Of a stretch of DNA of 64,000 nt, positions 20,492 to 30,333 are shown one piece after another (positions within the stretch are counted from its first letter, which is position 1; every line of letters begins with the position of its first letter). The notes under the pieces are model-generated. The model was not told where the DNA came from, made no database searches, and saw only the letters and a list, made by a program, of their open reading frames with translations. The position numbers and the translations under genes are program-made. The stretch comes from a virus (taxonomy: Duplodnaviria; Heunggongvirae; Uroviricota; Caudoviricetes). Where the stretch lies: the IMG/VR virus record IMGVR_UViG_3300042892_003674. One strand, given 5' to 3'.

Positions 20492-20848
20492 TTATTCTGA
20501 TTTTGGTAGAATTTGATTTAATTTAATTTCTCTTAACTCTTGTAAAGAAAAATCAATATATTCAGAAGAAGAAAGACTTATTGTATAATCATTATTAAAT
20601 GAATTTTTACCTACTATTCTATATCTTCCATTTTCTTGTGTCACTTTATAATCATCAGGTAGTTGATTAAGATCTAGAACATTATCATATCTATCCCAAA
20701 CAATTTCATACTTACCTATCTCTTTATATTTAAGAAGACCTTTAATTTGTCCTGTTGTATAAAGTTTTAAACCATTTAACTTTCGTCTGGTGTTTAACTT
20801 ATCTTTTAATTTTTTTATGAAATATGTTTTGAACAACGGACTATTCAT
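20492..20848 (-). CDS. hypothetical protein with C-terminal R-tag
   Basis: ends REIKLNQILPKSE. Confidence 0.55.
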   Translation of the reverse strand: MNSPLFKTYFIKKLKDKLNTRRKLNGLKLYTTGQIKGLLKYKEIGKYEIVWDRYDNVLDLNQLPDDYKVTQENGRYRIVGKNSFNNDYTISLSSSEYIDFSLQELREIKLNQILPKSE

Positions 20849-21311
20849 TGATAATTGTTTTTAGATCTGCTGGTGAATAACCCACAGATTTTAAAACTTT
20901 ATCATCTTCTTCTCTGTAAACTAACCACTTACCATTATTTTCTTTATAGTAACCTCTTGTACCATCTTTTTGTTTATAATGTTCTATTGTTTCTTGTGCT
21001 TCTAACTCTGAATTACAAGCTTTGGACATATTACTTCTTTGTACTTCATTGAATAATTCAACAAATTTATCTCCTAGTCCAAACTCTAATACTGCACCAC
21101 TTAAAACATATTGTAAATCAGCTAAAGCATCCGCAATTTCAATCAAGTCATTATTTTCAATTGCCTCTTTTAATTCATTTAATTCTTCTTGTAGTAAGGC
21201 AACACGAAGCTCACATCTTTGTTTAGATGGTATCTGTGGTATATCTAAGATCGGTGCATTAAATGTTTTGTGAAATTCTGCTACTTGGTTTAATGAGTTT
21301 ATTTGTTCCAT
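20841..21311 (-). CDS. MazG/PRA-PH-like all-alpha NTP pyrophosphohydrolase
   Basis: VAEFHKTF, LLQEELNEL, ADALADLQYV, EVQRSNMSK, KVLKS motifs. Confidence 0.85.
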   Translation of the reverse strand: MEQINSLNQVAEFHKTFNAPILDIPQIPSKQRCELRVALLQEELNELKEAIENNDLIEIADALADLQYVLSGAVLEFGLGDKFVELFNEVQRSNMSKACNSELEAQETIEHYKQKDGTRGYYKENNGKWLVYREEDDKVLKSVGYSPADLKTIINE

Positions 21312-21393
21312 TTGTTATATTTTTTACTAGTTATATCTTTTATTAGATAATGGTTTTTAAAAAATAATATATACTTAAAAATAATACACTAAA

Positions 21394-22413
21394 ATGAGAT
21401 ACTTGAAAAAATATGAATTATTCAGAGAACCAGTAAATGAAGAATTTTTAGGTGCTTTATATAATGCTGCAAAGGGAGCGTTAAAAGCTTTTTTAGGTAA
21501 AATTTCAGAACCATTTAAAACTGCTAAAGACGAATTTAAAAAAGGAATGGCTAGAGAAGAAGTAAAAAAATCTATGATTACTAAGATGGATGCTTTACTT
21601 AAAGGAGCAACTGATGGAATTAATAAAGCAGAGGATGAGACTGCACTGAATGCAATGAGAGAAGATTTCAGAAAAGAAATTGATAACCAGATTGTAGAAT
21701 TTGATAAAGAAATAAAAACGGTTAAAGAATCAGTTAATACTATAAATGAGGGTAAAGTACAAGATGCTTTAATTGGAGCAAGAGTTGCCTTTGGTATGAT
21801 TAAGAAAAAATCAGCAGAGTTAAAATTAGAATTTGATAAGAAATATGCTGCGGCAGTTGATCTAGCTGGTAAGAAAAAAACCGCAATTGAAGAAATTACA
21901 ACAGTTGTGAATGATTTTAAGAAAACTGTTATGAATGATGAGATATTTAAAAAAGAAGAAGCTGAATATAAAACTGTAAATAAGATTGTTACTACTCCAG
22001 AATATAAAGTAGGTGATGAACTTATCTATTTAAGAAAAGGTCAACAAAAAACTGCATGGGATGCTTTAACAGATGAACAAAAGAAAGCACCAACTACTGA
22101 TCCTGCTGCAAAGTTGATAGTTAATGTTAAGAAAGTTGATAAAATAGAAGGTGATAACTATACGTTTACTGGTAAAGATGGTAAAACTATTGTTAAAACT
22201 TCGGTAGATATAATTGGTAAATCCGGTGCAGAGACTGGTGTAGATGTAACTGCAGATTTAACTAAAAAGTTAGGTGAACTTAAAACAAAAAGTCCAGATG
22301 AACTGAAAAAAGTTGCTAGTTTTGTTGATTTTATAAATAAACCGGAGAATGCAGATAAATACACTGAAATTGAAAAAATAATTTCTCCAGAAGCTACAGG
22401 AGCACAAGAATAA
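21394..22413 (+). CDS. helical hypothetical protein with capsid-targeting-like leader
   Basis: starts MRYLKKYELFREPVNEE; second internal INEG site. Confidence 0.6.
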   Translation: MRYLKKYELFREPVNEEFLGALYNAAKGALKAFLGKISEPFKTAKDEFKKGMAREEVKKSMITKMDALLKGATDGINKAEDETALNAMREDFRKEIDNQIVEFDKEIKTVKESVNTINEGKVQDALIGARVAFGMIKKKSAELKLEFDKKYAAAVDLAGKKKTAIEEITTVVNDFKKTVMNDEIFKKEEAEYKTVNKIVTTPEYKVGDELIYLRKGQQKTAWDALTDEQKKAPTTDPAAKLIVNVKKVDKIEGDNYTFTGKDGKTIVKTSVDIIGKSGAETGVDVTADLTKKLGELKTKSPDELKKVASFVDFINKPENADKYTEIEKIISPEATGAQE

Positions 22414-22415
22414 GT

Positions 22416-23369
22416 ATGACAACTAGAAAAGCAATTGATAGTATCCATTCAAAGTTAGATAAAATTGCATTAAAAGGTAAAGATAACTATCTTGAGTATA
22501 GTAACTATTTTAAGGATTTATCTGCTAATGGAAATTATGATAACTTGTTACAATGTTTGTATATCCACTATTTAGTTGATATTGAGAAACCTATTATAAA
22601 TATAAATACTTTTAGAAGGGACTCTTGGAAGAGTATACTCTTTAAAACTGATAGTAATATCAATAAAAGGACAAAAAAACTATATGATAATAAGAAAGTT
22701 TATCAAACTGGGTTTGATATATGGAGTTCTGATCCAAACTTACTTACTATAACATTATCTAATCCACTTTCAACAACTTTTTCATCAACTAATTTATCAA
22801 AAGGTATTTCGTTTAACAATGTAAATACTGCTACACAAAGTTATATAAATATGAACATTTTAAATAATGGTATTTATAAACTAGATATACAAAAAGCTGT
22901 TTGGGCGACTAGTTCTGTAACTAATATTTATTTACCTTCTAAAACAAGTAATTTGCAAAGTTTAATAGGTTCAACTCAATCAGGTGGGTTCTTGCAATAC
23001 AGTTCTTATAAAACAGAAGTGGCAACTGATCATTCGGCACAGTTTCTAGTTACTACACATGAGAGAGCAAGATATGATGAACTTGGAAATAAAACTGGTG
23101 AATATAGAATACTTAATTATAAATTAGAATTATCAAAGGATAATTATTTAGGTCAAATTATTGAACAAGGTATTTACACAGATGAGTATAAATATTTACT
23201 TAAAAATAGAGAGTATGCAAGAATTACTAAAACTAGAAAAACCTTCTTAGAGGTTATAAAAGTAGGTGCCTCTAGCTCTGTAATAATAGATCAAGATGAT
23301 TTAAGATTATCGGAAGATAATAATCTTTACAATAGATATGTAATTGCTATAAACTTATTGTTATCATAA
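22416..23369 (+). CDS. hypothetical protein
   Basis: 317 aa ORF co-oriented in an operon. Confidence 0.55.
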   Translation: MTTRKAIDSIHSKLDKIALKGKDNYLEYSNYFKDLSANGNYDNLLQCLYIHYLVDIEKPIININTFRRDSWKSILFKTDSNINKRTKKLYDNKKVYQTGFDIWSSDPNLLTITLSNPLSTTFSSTNLSKGISFNNVNTATQSYINMNILNNGIYKLDIQKAVWATSSVTNIYLPSKTSNLQSLIGSTQSGGFLQYSSYKTEVATDHSAQFLVTTHERARYDELGNKTGEYRILNYKLELSKDNYLGQIIEQGIYTDEYKYLLKNREYARITKTRKTFLEVIKVGASSSVIIDQDDLRLSEDNNLYNRYVIAINLLLS

Positions 23370-23395
23370 TTGTATAACAATAAAAATATTATTAT

Positions 23396-23830
23396 ATGAC
23401 AATTAAAGTAGTTAATTTTGAAATTTTATCAAGACATTATAAGAATTACCAAGATGGTATTACTAAAATATCTGATACTAAAAAAGAATTTATTGAAAGA
23501 TTAGATCCATTCAAGAAAGAAATGGAAATCATTATCAACAAGGCAAACAACGGTGAAAAGCTAACAGAAGAACAAGAAGCAAAGTTTCAAGACTTTCAAA
23601 ACAAAGCAGTTGAGATCGATGAAGAGTTCAAATTTACAATGAGAAAAATGAATGATGAATTATCTAAAGTTATTTATTCAGATCTATCAAACTTCATAGA
23701 TGAGTGGACAAAGATAAATACTGAAGTAGATTTAGTTATCGGAAGTACAGAAGTAGTTTTCTTAAAAGAAGAACACGATGTAACTGAACAAGTTTTAGAA
23801 ATCATTAAAGAAAAGGGATTACACGTATAA
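23396..23830 (+). CDS. Skp/OmpH-like chaperone lacking a signal peptide
   Basis: IKVVNFEIL start, long coiled coil, DLVI...VVF...DVTEQVL end match the OmpH layout. Confidence 0.7.
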   Translation: MTIKVVNFEILSRHYKNYQDGITKISDTKKEFIERLDPFKKEMEIIINKANNGEKLTEEQEAKFQDFQNKAVEIDEEFKFTMRKMNDELSKVIYSDLSNFIDEWTKINTEVDLVIGSTEVVFLKEEHDVTEQVLEIIKEKGLHV

Positions 23831-23857
23831 AAAAAGAGAGCTCATGCTCTCTTTTTT
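23829..23857. terminator. bidirectional intrinsic terminator
   Basis: AAAAAAAGAGAGC-TCAT-GCTCTCTTTTTT. Confidence 0.85.
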
Positions 23858-24554
23858 AGTTTTCCCAATCAGTATCTTTGTGAGACAAGTCGTCATCAAC
23901 AAGTGATTCTAACATTTTAGAAATACTATTGTATCTAACTTTTCTTCCATATAAATTAGTAATATATAATTCTGTTTCACTTACATAAAGTACGTAATCT
24001 AATTCTCCAGTACTAAAGTAATAATTTACATTAAATCGTACTGCATCACCTACACCAAAAAACTCACCTCTACCTCCAGTATTAGTGTCTGTCTTTTTAA
24101 GATTTTCTCCTAAAAACTTTATAGTACTAATTTGTTGTTCATTTTCATGATAACCTTCTGCTGAATCTTCATCATCATTATCAAATGAGTGTGATGTTGT
24201 TATCGCAAATGTAGTTTGATTTGTAACTCTATTATATCCATAATCATGTACACCTAATAATTCTATATAAAATTCTCTAGCTAAGTCATATTGTGTTTTA
24301 TTTACTCCTTCGTGATGTTCAAAGATAAAATCTAATTGTTCTTGATTAAAGTCAAATATACTTTCTGGTAAAGTTTTTGCAAACTCTGTTACATTATTAG
24401 TTTTTCTAAATTCAAGAATACTTCTTATTGAAGCCATTTCTTCTTGAAGTTCTGTCATTTGTAATTGAAGATCTTCTAACTTACTTTCTAATGTTTCTGT
24501 ACTGATTGCATTGAGATAAGTTGATTCCTTTATAAATTCTAAATACTTTTTCAT
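23856..24554 (-). CDS. hypothetical protein with capsid-targeting-like leader
   Basis: starts MKKYLEFIKES, the closest match here to T4 IP leader MKTYQEFIAE. Confidence 0.6.
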   Translation of the reverse strand: MKKYLEFIKESTYLNAISTETLESKLEDLQLQMTELQEEMASIRSILEFRKTNNVTEFAKTLPESIFDFNQEQLDFIFEHHEGVNKTQYDLAREFYIELLGVHDYGYNRVTNQTTFAITTSHSFDNDDEDSAEGYHENEQQISTIKFLGENLKKTDTNTGGRGEFFGVGDAVRFNVNYYFSTGELDYVLYVSETELYITNLYGRKVRYNSISKMLESLVDDDLSHKDTDWEN

Positions 24555-24600
24555 ATTAAGTATATATAAAACTTTTCATTTCAAAATCAATATAAACAAA

Positions 24601-25455
24601 ATGATAGACTTACACCAAATAGCTAATGAAATAAGAATTTTGTTAGAAGAAAGAAGAAAAGAACTAAATCTATACTTTATAGAAGATAATCATAAATACT
24701 TTATGAACAATGAACAAGGTCAATCCAAAAGTAATTGGCCATCTGTATCAAAAGTTCTTAAAAGTTTTTACCCACCATTTCCTACTCAGGAAGCATCACT
24801 TAAAAAAGCAAAAGGTGATGTAGTTCTACAAAAGAAACTTATTAAAGAATGGTCTCAAATGGCAGACTATGCTAACAATACTGGTAGTAGAGTTCACTAT
24901 TTCCTAGAGACAAAAATCATTGATAGATTTAAGTTACCTAAAGAAGTAAGAGAGCCGGAGTTTGATTGTGATTTTGAACAAATAATTACATCCGATCATA
25001 TGATTAGTTATGGTGTAGATTTTTTTGAAAAGATGATTAAGAATGGAGCTGTTCTAATTGATACAGAAGTTGTAATGGGAGATCCTGAACTTGGATATAC
25101 TGGACAAGCTGATAAGATTTGGTTAGTATGTAATAAAGAAAGAACTCAATTAGGTATTGTAGTAACAGATTGGAAAACCAATAAACCGAAAAATTTTGTT
25201 GAAACAAAATGGACAGTTCCAATGAATGAACCCTATGAAGACCTACCCAATACTGCATTAGGACATTACTACGTTCAGTTATCTTTGTATGGTAAGTTAT
25301 TTAAGAAAATGTTACAAGGAACTAAATATGAAAATCTACCAATTGTTAGAGCAACACTTATCTTATTGAAAGATAGTTGTTATGAAGAGTATAAAACACC
25401 AATAGATATTATAAATAGGACATTAGAGTTAGATGTTGTTAGTTATTTAAAATAA
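24601..25455 (+). CDS. PD-(D/E)xK exonuclease (lambda-exo/Cas4-like phage family)
   Basis: PSVS, GSRVH, E..GQAD, DWKT, Y..QLSLY motifs. Confidence 0.8.
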   Translation: MIDLHQIANEIRILLEERRKELNLYFIEDNHKYFMNNEQGQSKSNWPSVSKVLKSFYPPFPTQEASLKKAKGDVVLQKKLIKEWSQMADYANNTGSRVHYFLETKIIDRFKLPKEVREPEFDCDFEQIITSDHMISYGVDFFEKMIKNGAVLIDTEVVMGDPELGYTGQADKIWLVCNKERTQLGIVVTDWKTNKPKNFVETKWTVPMNEPYEDLPNTALGHYYVQLSLYGKLFKKMLQGTKYENLPIVRATLILLKDSCYEEYKTPIDIINRTLELDVVSYLK

Positions 25456-25481
25456 AAAAACCCATTCTTAGAATGGGTTTT
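25454..25481. terminator. bidirectional intrinsic terminator
   Basis: AAAACCCATTCT-T-AGAATGGGTTTT overlapping the stop of the convergent gene. Confidence 0.7.
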
Positions 25482-27102
25482 CGTCTTCTGTACAAAGTTC
25501 TTCGTCTCTCTCTTCTTCAAACTCAACTGGTGACCAGTTTGATCCCCACATATCACTATTATAAGTATATGTATTGGTTGATTGTTCGAGATCTATATTA
25601 ACAAAATTTACTTCATCACTTACAGGAGTTGGAGGAGTTACTTCTTCTCTTGTATATCTATTAGCTGCTTGTGTCCATCTACCACCATAAGTTGTTTCAT
25701 TTATAATTGGCTCTGGTGAAGAAGCTTCAAGTGGCATATCCGGTTCGTCTCTTACTACATCTCCTTCCCTAGCTCTTGTTCTTCTTGTTGGACGCGCGGC
25801 ATTAGCTCTTTCAAATAATTGAGTAATTGTATCTGGGTGTCTTAACTCACCCCAACCTCTTGTGTCAATTGAACCTAATACTGATTCAAGTTCACTAGTT
25901 ATATCTGATAATTTAGATTTAGTACTTGATTTCTCATATACAGATCTTCTTTCTTCTTGTTCTTTTCTACGTTGTTCGATAAGTTTAAGAACTCGGTCAC
26001 TATTCTTATCATTATGTTCTTCGTTGAAGATGTAATCATCAATCAATTCTTCATAACGAGAATCTTGTTTAAGCATCCACTTATCATTGTAATTAGAATA
26101 AACAACATTCTGTCTTCCCGTCCAGATTTCGGCATATTGTACATAAGCGGCATCATTTCTGTATCTCATTACACGGTCAATCATATCGAATACCAAGTAA
26201 TCAGATGGGTGTTTACTACCATCCGAAGACGTTAAAGTTCTTAAAGAAGATGTATCTTCTGGTAAGTAGTTATATAAGATACCTTTTTCAAGATCAATGA
26301 ACTTGAATGTATCCATATAAGGATAGTAATGTTGTTTGATGTTAGGTAACTTTATTTCAAGTTTAAACTCTTTCTTACCAGTACCAATTTGTTCAAAGAA
26401 TAAAGTATTGAACCAGTTTTGTTCTGATTTATAGTAGTAACCGTGCTCAGTTGCCCATTGTTTAAAGTAGAATGATAACTCTTCGTCATTATACGTATAG
26501 ATTCTATCCATAATTTTATGACTTTCAAAGTCCCATAAAAGAGCACGACCAATCAATCTGTTTCTGTCATTGAACATAGTCAACATAGAAACATTCTCTT
26601 CGTTTTCTGTATATAAGTCAAAATACTTTTGACAGTGTTCATGTTTCATGCATGATACACCTAGCGAACCTCTTTCAGAAGAGTGATAGTTTTCATAGTA
26701 GTAGAAATCTTTAATAGAATCTCCTTTAACAACTTCAAAGCGGAAAGGAGCTTTCGCAGCTTGAGATCTGAAAAGATTAGAGAATTTCTCTACCTCTTTT
26801 GCAGGAATATCTTTAAATACCTTTGAGATAAATGCACCAGGTTTAGTCATATATCTACGAGAAGATGTCCAATACTCTTGTGGATCAAGAGAATCGATTC
26901 TGTCTTGTGTTAGGTAAGATAGTTTAGTTCTGTCTTGTTTAGAGATAGATATATAGTTCACATAAGAATCCGCCAAATCTTCTCGGTTGTTTCTTCTTTT
27001 TAATAGAAGTGCGGCAACTAAAGATTCAGACTCTATCACGCTTAATACATTTTTCAAATCATCTGAAATGTAAATATCAACGGTTTTTCTTTCGTAAGGC
27101 AT
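25468..27102 (-). CDS. conserved-looking phage hypothetical protein
   Basis: 544 aa; GSLGVSCM, GRALLW, MDRIY, YPYMDTF motifs; own host-type promoter. Confidence 0.6.
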   Translation of the reverse strand: MPYERKTVDIYISDDLKNVLSVIESESLVAALLLKRRNNREDLADSYVNYISISKQDRTKLSYLTQDRIDSLDPQEYWTSSRRYMTKPGAFISKVFKDIPAKEVEKFSNLFRSQAAKAPFRFEVVKGDSIKDFYYYENYHSSERGSLGVSCMKHEHCQKYFDLYTENEENVSMLTMFNDRNRLIGRALLWDFESHKIMDRIYTYNDEELSFYFKQWATEHGYYYKSEQNWFNTLFFEQIGTGKKEFKLEIKLPNIKQHYYPYMDTFKFIDLEKGILYNYLPEDTSSLRTLTSSDGSKHPSDYLVFDMIDRVMRYRNDAAYVQYAEIWTGRQNVVYSNYNDKWMLKQDSRYEELIDDYIFNEEHNDKNSDRVLKLIEQRRKEQEERRSVYEKSSTKSKLSDITSELESVLGSIDTRGWGELRHPDTITQLFERANAARPTRRTRAREGDVVRDEPDMPLEASSPEPIINETTYGGRWTQAANRYTREEVTPPTPVSDEVNFVNIDLEQSTNTYTYNSDMWGSNWSPVEFEEERDEELCTEDENPF

Positions 27103-27125
27103 ATGTTATTGTTTTTTTATTTCTA

Positions 27126-27156
27126 CAAAGATAAGTAATTATATTTAATATACAAA
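27126..27156 (-). promoter_or_regulatory. Bacteroidota-type promoter (-33 TTTG, 19 nt, -7 TATCTTTG)
   Basis: CAAAGATA at 27126-27133 and CAAA at 27153-27156 on + strand. Confidence 0.75.
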
Positions 27157-27250
27157 TAATTCTTTTAGTTTCTTGTTTATTTTTTTAGTTATCAACAATT
27201 ATTATTTGTGTTTCAAAGATATGTATTTTATTTTTAATATATACTATTGT

Positions 27251-27916
27251 ATGAAACATTTAAGAGTATTTGAAAATTTTGATAAAAAAGAAGATCAGTT
27301 TGATATTGAAAATGTTATGCTTTATATGGTCAATGTACTTGACAATTATAAAGTAAACTTCTTTGATGTTGATAATAATATGATCAATTCTAATGATGAA
27401 AATATAAATGACTTTCAACTAACAAAAGATTATCATAGTGTTAGAAGAAGTAGATTTATGGTAGAGATTATGCAAGATGGTCATAATCCAATAAGTATTC
27501 ACGAGGTTGCAGAGATTTCAATTGAAATGAGTACTACTATAAAACACTTAGAAAGAGAAGGTTGGATTTTATCTAGTTATCACCTTAATCAATCTAAAGA
27601 TAGAGATACTGGTAAAGTTGTATTCTATTATATTCATTATACTTTTTCAAAAGAAGATCAAGAAATTGAACCTACTAAAAGTTTACAAGATACTATATCT
27701 ACTAATACAATATTAAGAGCATTTAAAAAAGAAGGTATTGAAATTGAAAAACAAGATATTAAACATTTAGATGATTCTATTGAAATTGAAGATTGGTACA
27801 CTGAGTATCTATCAAATAATCAAGTAGAAGATTCTCTTGATAAAATAACAGATCTTTTAGGTGCTACTGAATGGGAATGGTATCATGGAACAAATGGTAT
27901 AAGATTTCAATTTTAA
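27251..27916 (+). CDS. hypothetical protein with capsid-targeting-like leader
   Basis: ATG at 27251, MKHLRVFENF; ATATATA just upstream. Confidence 0.6.
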   Translation: MKHLRVFENFDKKEDQFDIENVMLYMVNVLDNYKVNFFDVDNNMINSNDENINDFQLTKDYHSVRRSRFMVEIMQDGHNPISIHEVAEISIEMSTTIKHLEREGWILSSYHLNQSKDRDTGKVVFYYIHYTFSKEDQEIEPTKSLQDTISTNTILRAFKKEGIEIEKQDIKHLDDSIEIEDWYTEYLSNNQVEDSLDKITDLLGATEWEWYHGTNGIRFQF

Positions 27917-28260
27917 GAATATAAAAAGTCTTGATATTTTTCTTCATCAGTTAAATCTATCTCAATAACACAATCTTTCTTTAAAGGTGTAGTAAATACA
28001 ACACACACAGATTTCAAGTATTCTGTTTGAATTCCATTCAAAAGTTCATCTAAAATTAAATCTCTTTCATCTTCTTTAGTAAGTTTCTCACCTGTGTCGA
28101 TATAGATGTTTATCTTCCACGGGAGACGTTTATTTACAAAAGTCATAACTGACTGCTTATAAACATTTGGTTGTCTTAATTGTCTTTTAAATGTAAAAAC
28201 TGCAAAGATTACAACTCTTACAATATAATGGTGATAAACTTCATTTATATCTAATTTCAT
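27913..28260 (-). CDS. hypothetical protein (internal RDLILDELL motif)
   Basis: 115 aa ORF. Confidence 0.5.
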   Translation of the reverse strand: MKLDINEVYHHYIVRVVIFAVFTFKRQLRQPNVYKQSVMTFVNKRLPWKINIYIDTGEKLTKEDERDLILDELLNGIQTEYLKSVCVVFTTPLKKDCVIEIDLTDEEKYQDFLYS

Positions 28261-28290
28261 TTAATATATATAAATAAAAATACTATATCA

Positions 28291-28689
28291 ATGAATATAA
28301 AAAAATATGTTGATGAATTTATTAGTGAGTATTCTAAAAAGTATGATTTAAGATTAGGTAAATCATTCAATAAAGAAAAGGCAAATTGTTCTTGGTTTAC
28401 CGATGTTTTTTATAAGTGGGCAAGAGAAAAGGATTTACCAGTCAAGGTAATTTATTTTGATTCTGATAAAGAAGCACATATTGTACCTATTATTGATAAT
28501 AAGGTTATTGATTTCACAATCAAACAATTTACTAAAAATCCTAACGATGATTATAAGATTACAAAGCCAGGATATTATAAAAAGTATGGTTATGATAAAT
28601 TTGAAATATTAGATAAAGTACCAAACTGGATAACAATTAGAAAGGCAGATAAAATACTTGAAAGAATAAAAAGATATGATCAGTTTTAA
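28291..28689 (+). CDS. putative papain/transglutaminase-like Cys-His-Asp protein with leader-like ends
   Basis: ANCSWF...AHIVP...VIDFT; starts MNIKKYVDEFISE, ends ILERIKRYDQF. Confidence 0.5.
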   Translation: MNIKKYVDEFISEYSKKYDLRLGKSFNKEKANCSWFTDVFYKWAREKDLPVKVIYFDSDKEAHIVPIIDNKVIDFTIKQFTKNPNDDYKITKPGYYKKYGYDKFEILDKVPNWITIRKADKILERIKRYDQF

Positions 28690-28690
28690 C

Positions 28691-28721
28691 AAAAAACCCA
28701 CTAAATTAGTGGGTTTTTTTT
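28691..28721. terminator. bidirectional intrinsic terminator
   Basis: AAAAAACCCACTAA-A-TTAGTGGGTTTTTT. Confidence 0.85.
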
Positions 28722-29313
28722 ATTCATTAGCTTTTGCTTTCATTTGTTCAATTCTATCACGTACCTGTGCAGCGATTTCATATTCCTCACTTAAAACAGC
28801 TTGTTCTAACATTTTTTCTAAGTTTTCAATAGAAGTAGCTCTTTCCGTTTCCGTTTCTTCATCATCATCATCTGTCATATCACCAGATAAATTACTTCCA
28901 TCATCATTGATTAGGACTCCGGCAGAGTTCATAACATCAGATGAAACAAAAATCGGACAATCATGTAAAGAAGCTAGTATAACACCATCACCAATAGATG
29001 ATTCAATTTCTATATCTTCTAAACCATTAGTACAAATAATTTTAGTGTAAAAAATACCTTCTGCAAGAGAGTAGATAAAGACTTCTCTTATATCAATACC
29101 AAACGCGGTTGTCATTGATAAAAACAAATCGTGTGTTAGTGGTTTGGCAGATTTAATACCTTCCAAATCTAACGCAATACGTTGAGCATCTTGTGGTTTA
29201 ATTATTACTGGTAGCTTAACTTTCCCTTTCATTTCTGAAAGAACTAGTACGTAGGAACCAATTTGGCTTTGACTATAAGATAGTCCTAAAATTTTTACTT
29301 GTCTTTTTTTCAT
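28720..29313 (-). CDS. bifunctional nuclease (DUF151) family protein with C-terminal UVR domain
   Basis: LPVII..DA..IA, PLTHDL, GIFY, PIFV; AVLSEEYEIAAQVRDRI UVR motif. Confidence 0.85.
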   Translation of the reverse strand: MKKRQVKILGLSYSQSQIGSYVLVLSEMKGKVKLPVIIKPQDAQRIALDLEGIKSAKPLTHDLFLSMTTAFGIDIREVFIYSLAEGIFYTKIICTNGLEDIEIESSIGDGVILASLHDCPIFVSSDVMNSAGVLINDDGSNLSGDMTDDDDEETETERATSIENLEKMLEQAVLSEEYEIAAQVRDRIEQMKAKANE

Positions 29314-29330
29314 TTTTTAATGTTATACTA

Positions 29331-29684
29331 TTATTTGTTTAATATACTTGAAAGTTTAAAATGTCTTTGGTACTCTTTTATACATGCATCATTTTTCTTA
29401 ATACAATTTAACATTTCTGCATTTGATTTAATTTCTATTTTTTCTTCTATGTTTTCTTCCTTCTTTAGATGTGATGATACGTTATAGAAACTACTACTTC
29501 TATTCGGATAACCTTTTTTATCTAAATCAAAAGTTCCCTTAGATTTAATAAAATAAATTTTATCATTTTCATATAGAATTGAATAAATTCGGTCTGTTCC
29601 ATGAAATACCCACGGATATTCTTTGGCCCAATGGTTTATAACCCAACCGAATTTATATAAAAATATTGTATTTATCTCAAACAT
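29331..29684 (-). CDS. hypothetical protein with C-terminal R-tag
   Basis: ends RHFKLSSILNK. Confidence 0.55.
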   Translation of the reverse strand: MFEINTIFLYKFGWVINHWAKEYPWVFHGTDRIYSILYENDKIYFIKSKGTFDLDKKGYPNRSSSFYNVSSHLKKEENIEEKIEIKSNAEMLNCIKKNDACIKEYQRHFKLSSILNK

Positions 29685-29685
29685 A

Positions 29686-30333
29686 TTATCCTTTTAATAA
29701 CAAGTCTGCTGCTGATGTAGCAGCAAATGCCATTGGCTTTGCCCATACTCTAAACCCTAGTGCTCTTAACCAAGGTACATAACTTTTGTAAGCAATGAAT
29801 GATTTATTTCTATGACCTTTCTCATATTGAGAACTTTCAAATGGGTTGAAATCAACGTGTAAGTCAATAACTTTTGTATCCATTAAATCAACATCTGTCA
29901 TAACTAAGTTTCTAACAACTGCTTCTTCATTATGTAATTCAATGTTTGCATATTCACCTGCACTTTTTTGTAAGTGATACTTATATTTTCTTTTTTCTAA
30001 TTCAGGTAAGTCTCTCGTAACACCAACTTTCTCTAACTCGTCATTGATCCATGTACCAACATCGTGTAAAAATTGTGCTTCTTTATATAATCTCTCTTGA
30101 GTTTCTCTGATTTTTGGACATGATTCTCTAAAGAATACAACGTGTGCACCTTTTTTAACCTCGGTATCATAAATCATAACAGTTACAGCATAGATGGTTC
30201 TTCTACGAACTTGAATAGAGTCACAACCCACAGATACAACTGATCCTGGTTCTCTCTCCATAATTTCTCTTATGTATTCTACTACGTCGGGGATTTGTTC
30301 TCCACCGAACTTTTTGAATTTACTCTTGTACAT
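29686..30333 (-). CDS. RNase H-like YkuK (DUF458) family protein
   Basis: VGCDS, GAHV, RLYKEA, LHVDFN, KP.AFAATSAAD motifs. Confidence 0.8.
   Translation of the reverse strand: MYKSKFKKFGGEQIPDVVEYIREIMEREPGSVVSVGCDSIQVRRRTIYAVTVMIYDTEVKKGAHVVFFRESCPKIRETQERLYKEAQFLHDVGTWINDELEKVGVTRDLPELEKRKYKYHLQKSAGEYANIELHNEEAVVRNLVMTDVDLMDTKVIDLHVDFNPFESSQYEKGHRNKSFIAYKSYVPWLRALGFRVWAKPMAFAATSAADLLLKG

Noticed and set aside
24601-25455. Cas4 / CRISPR-associated nuclease
   Set aside because: There is no Fe-S Cys cluster pattern, no cas neighbours and no array; a generic phage PD-(D/E)xK exonuclease fits better.
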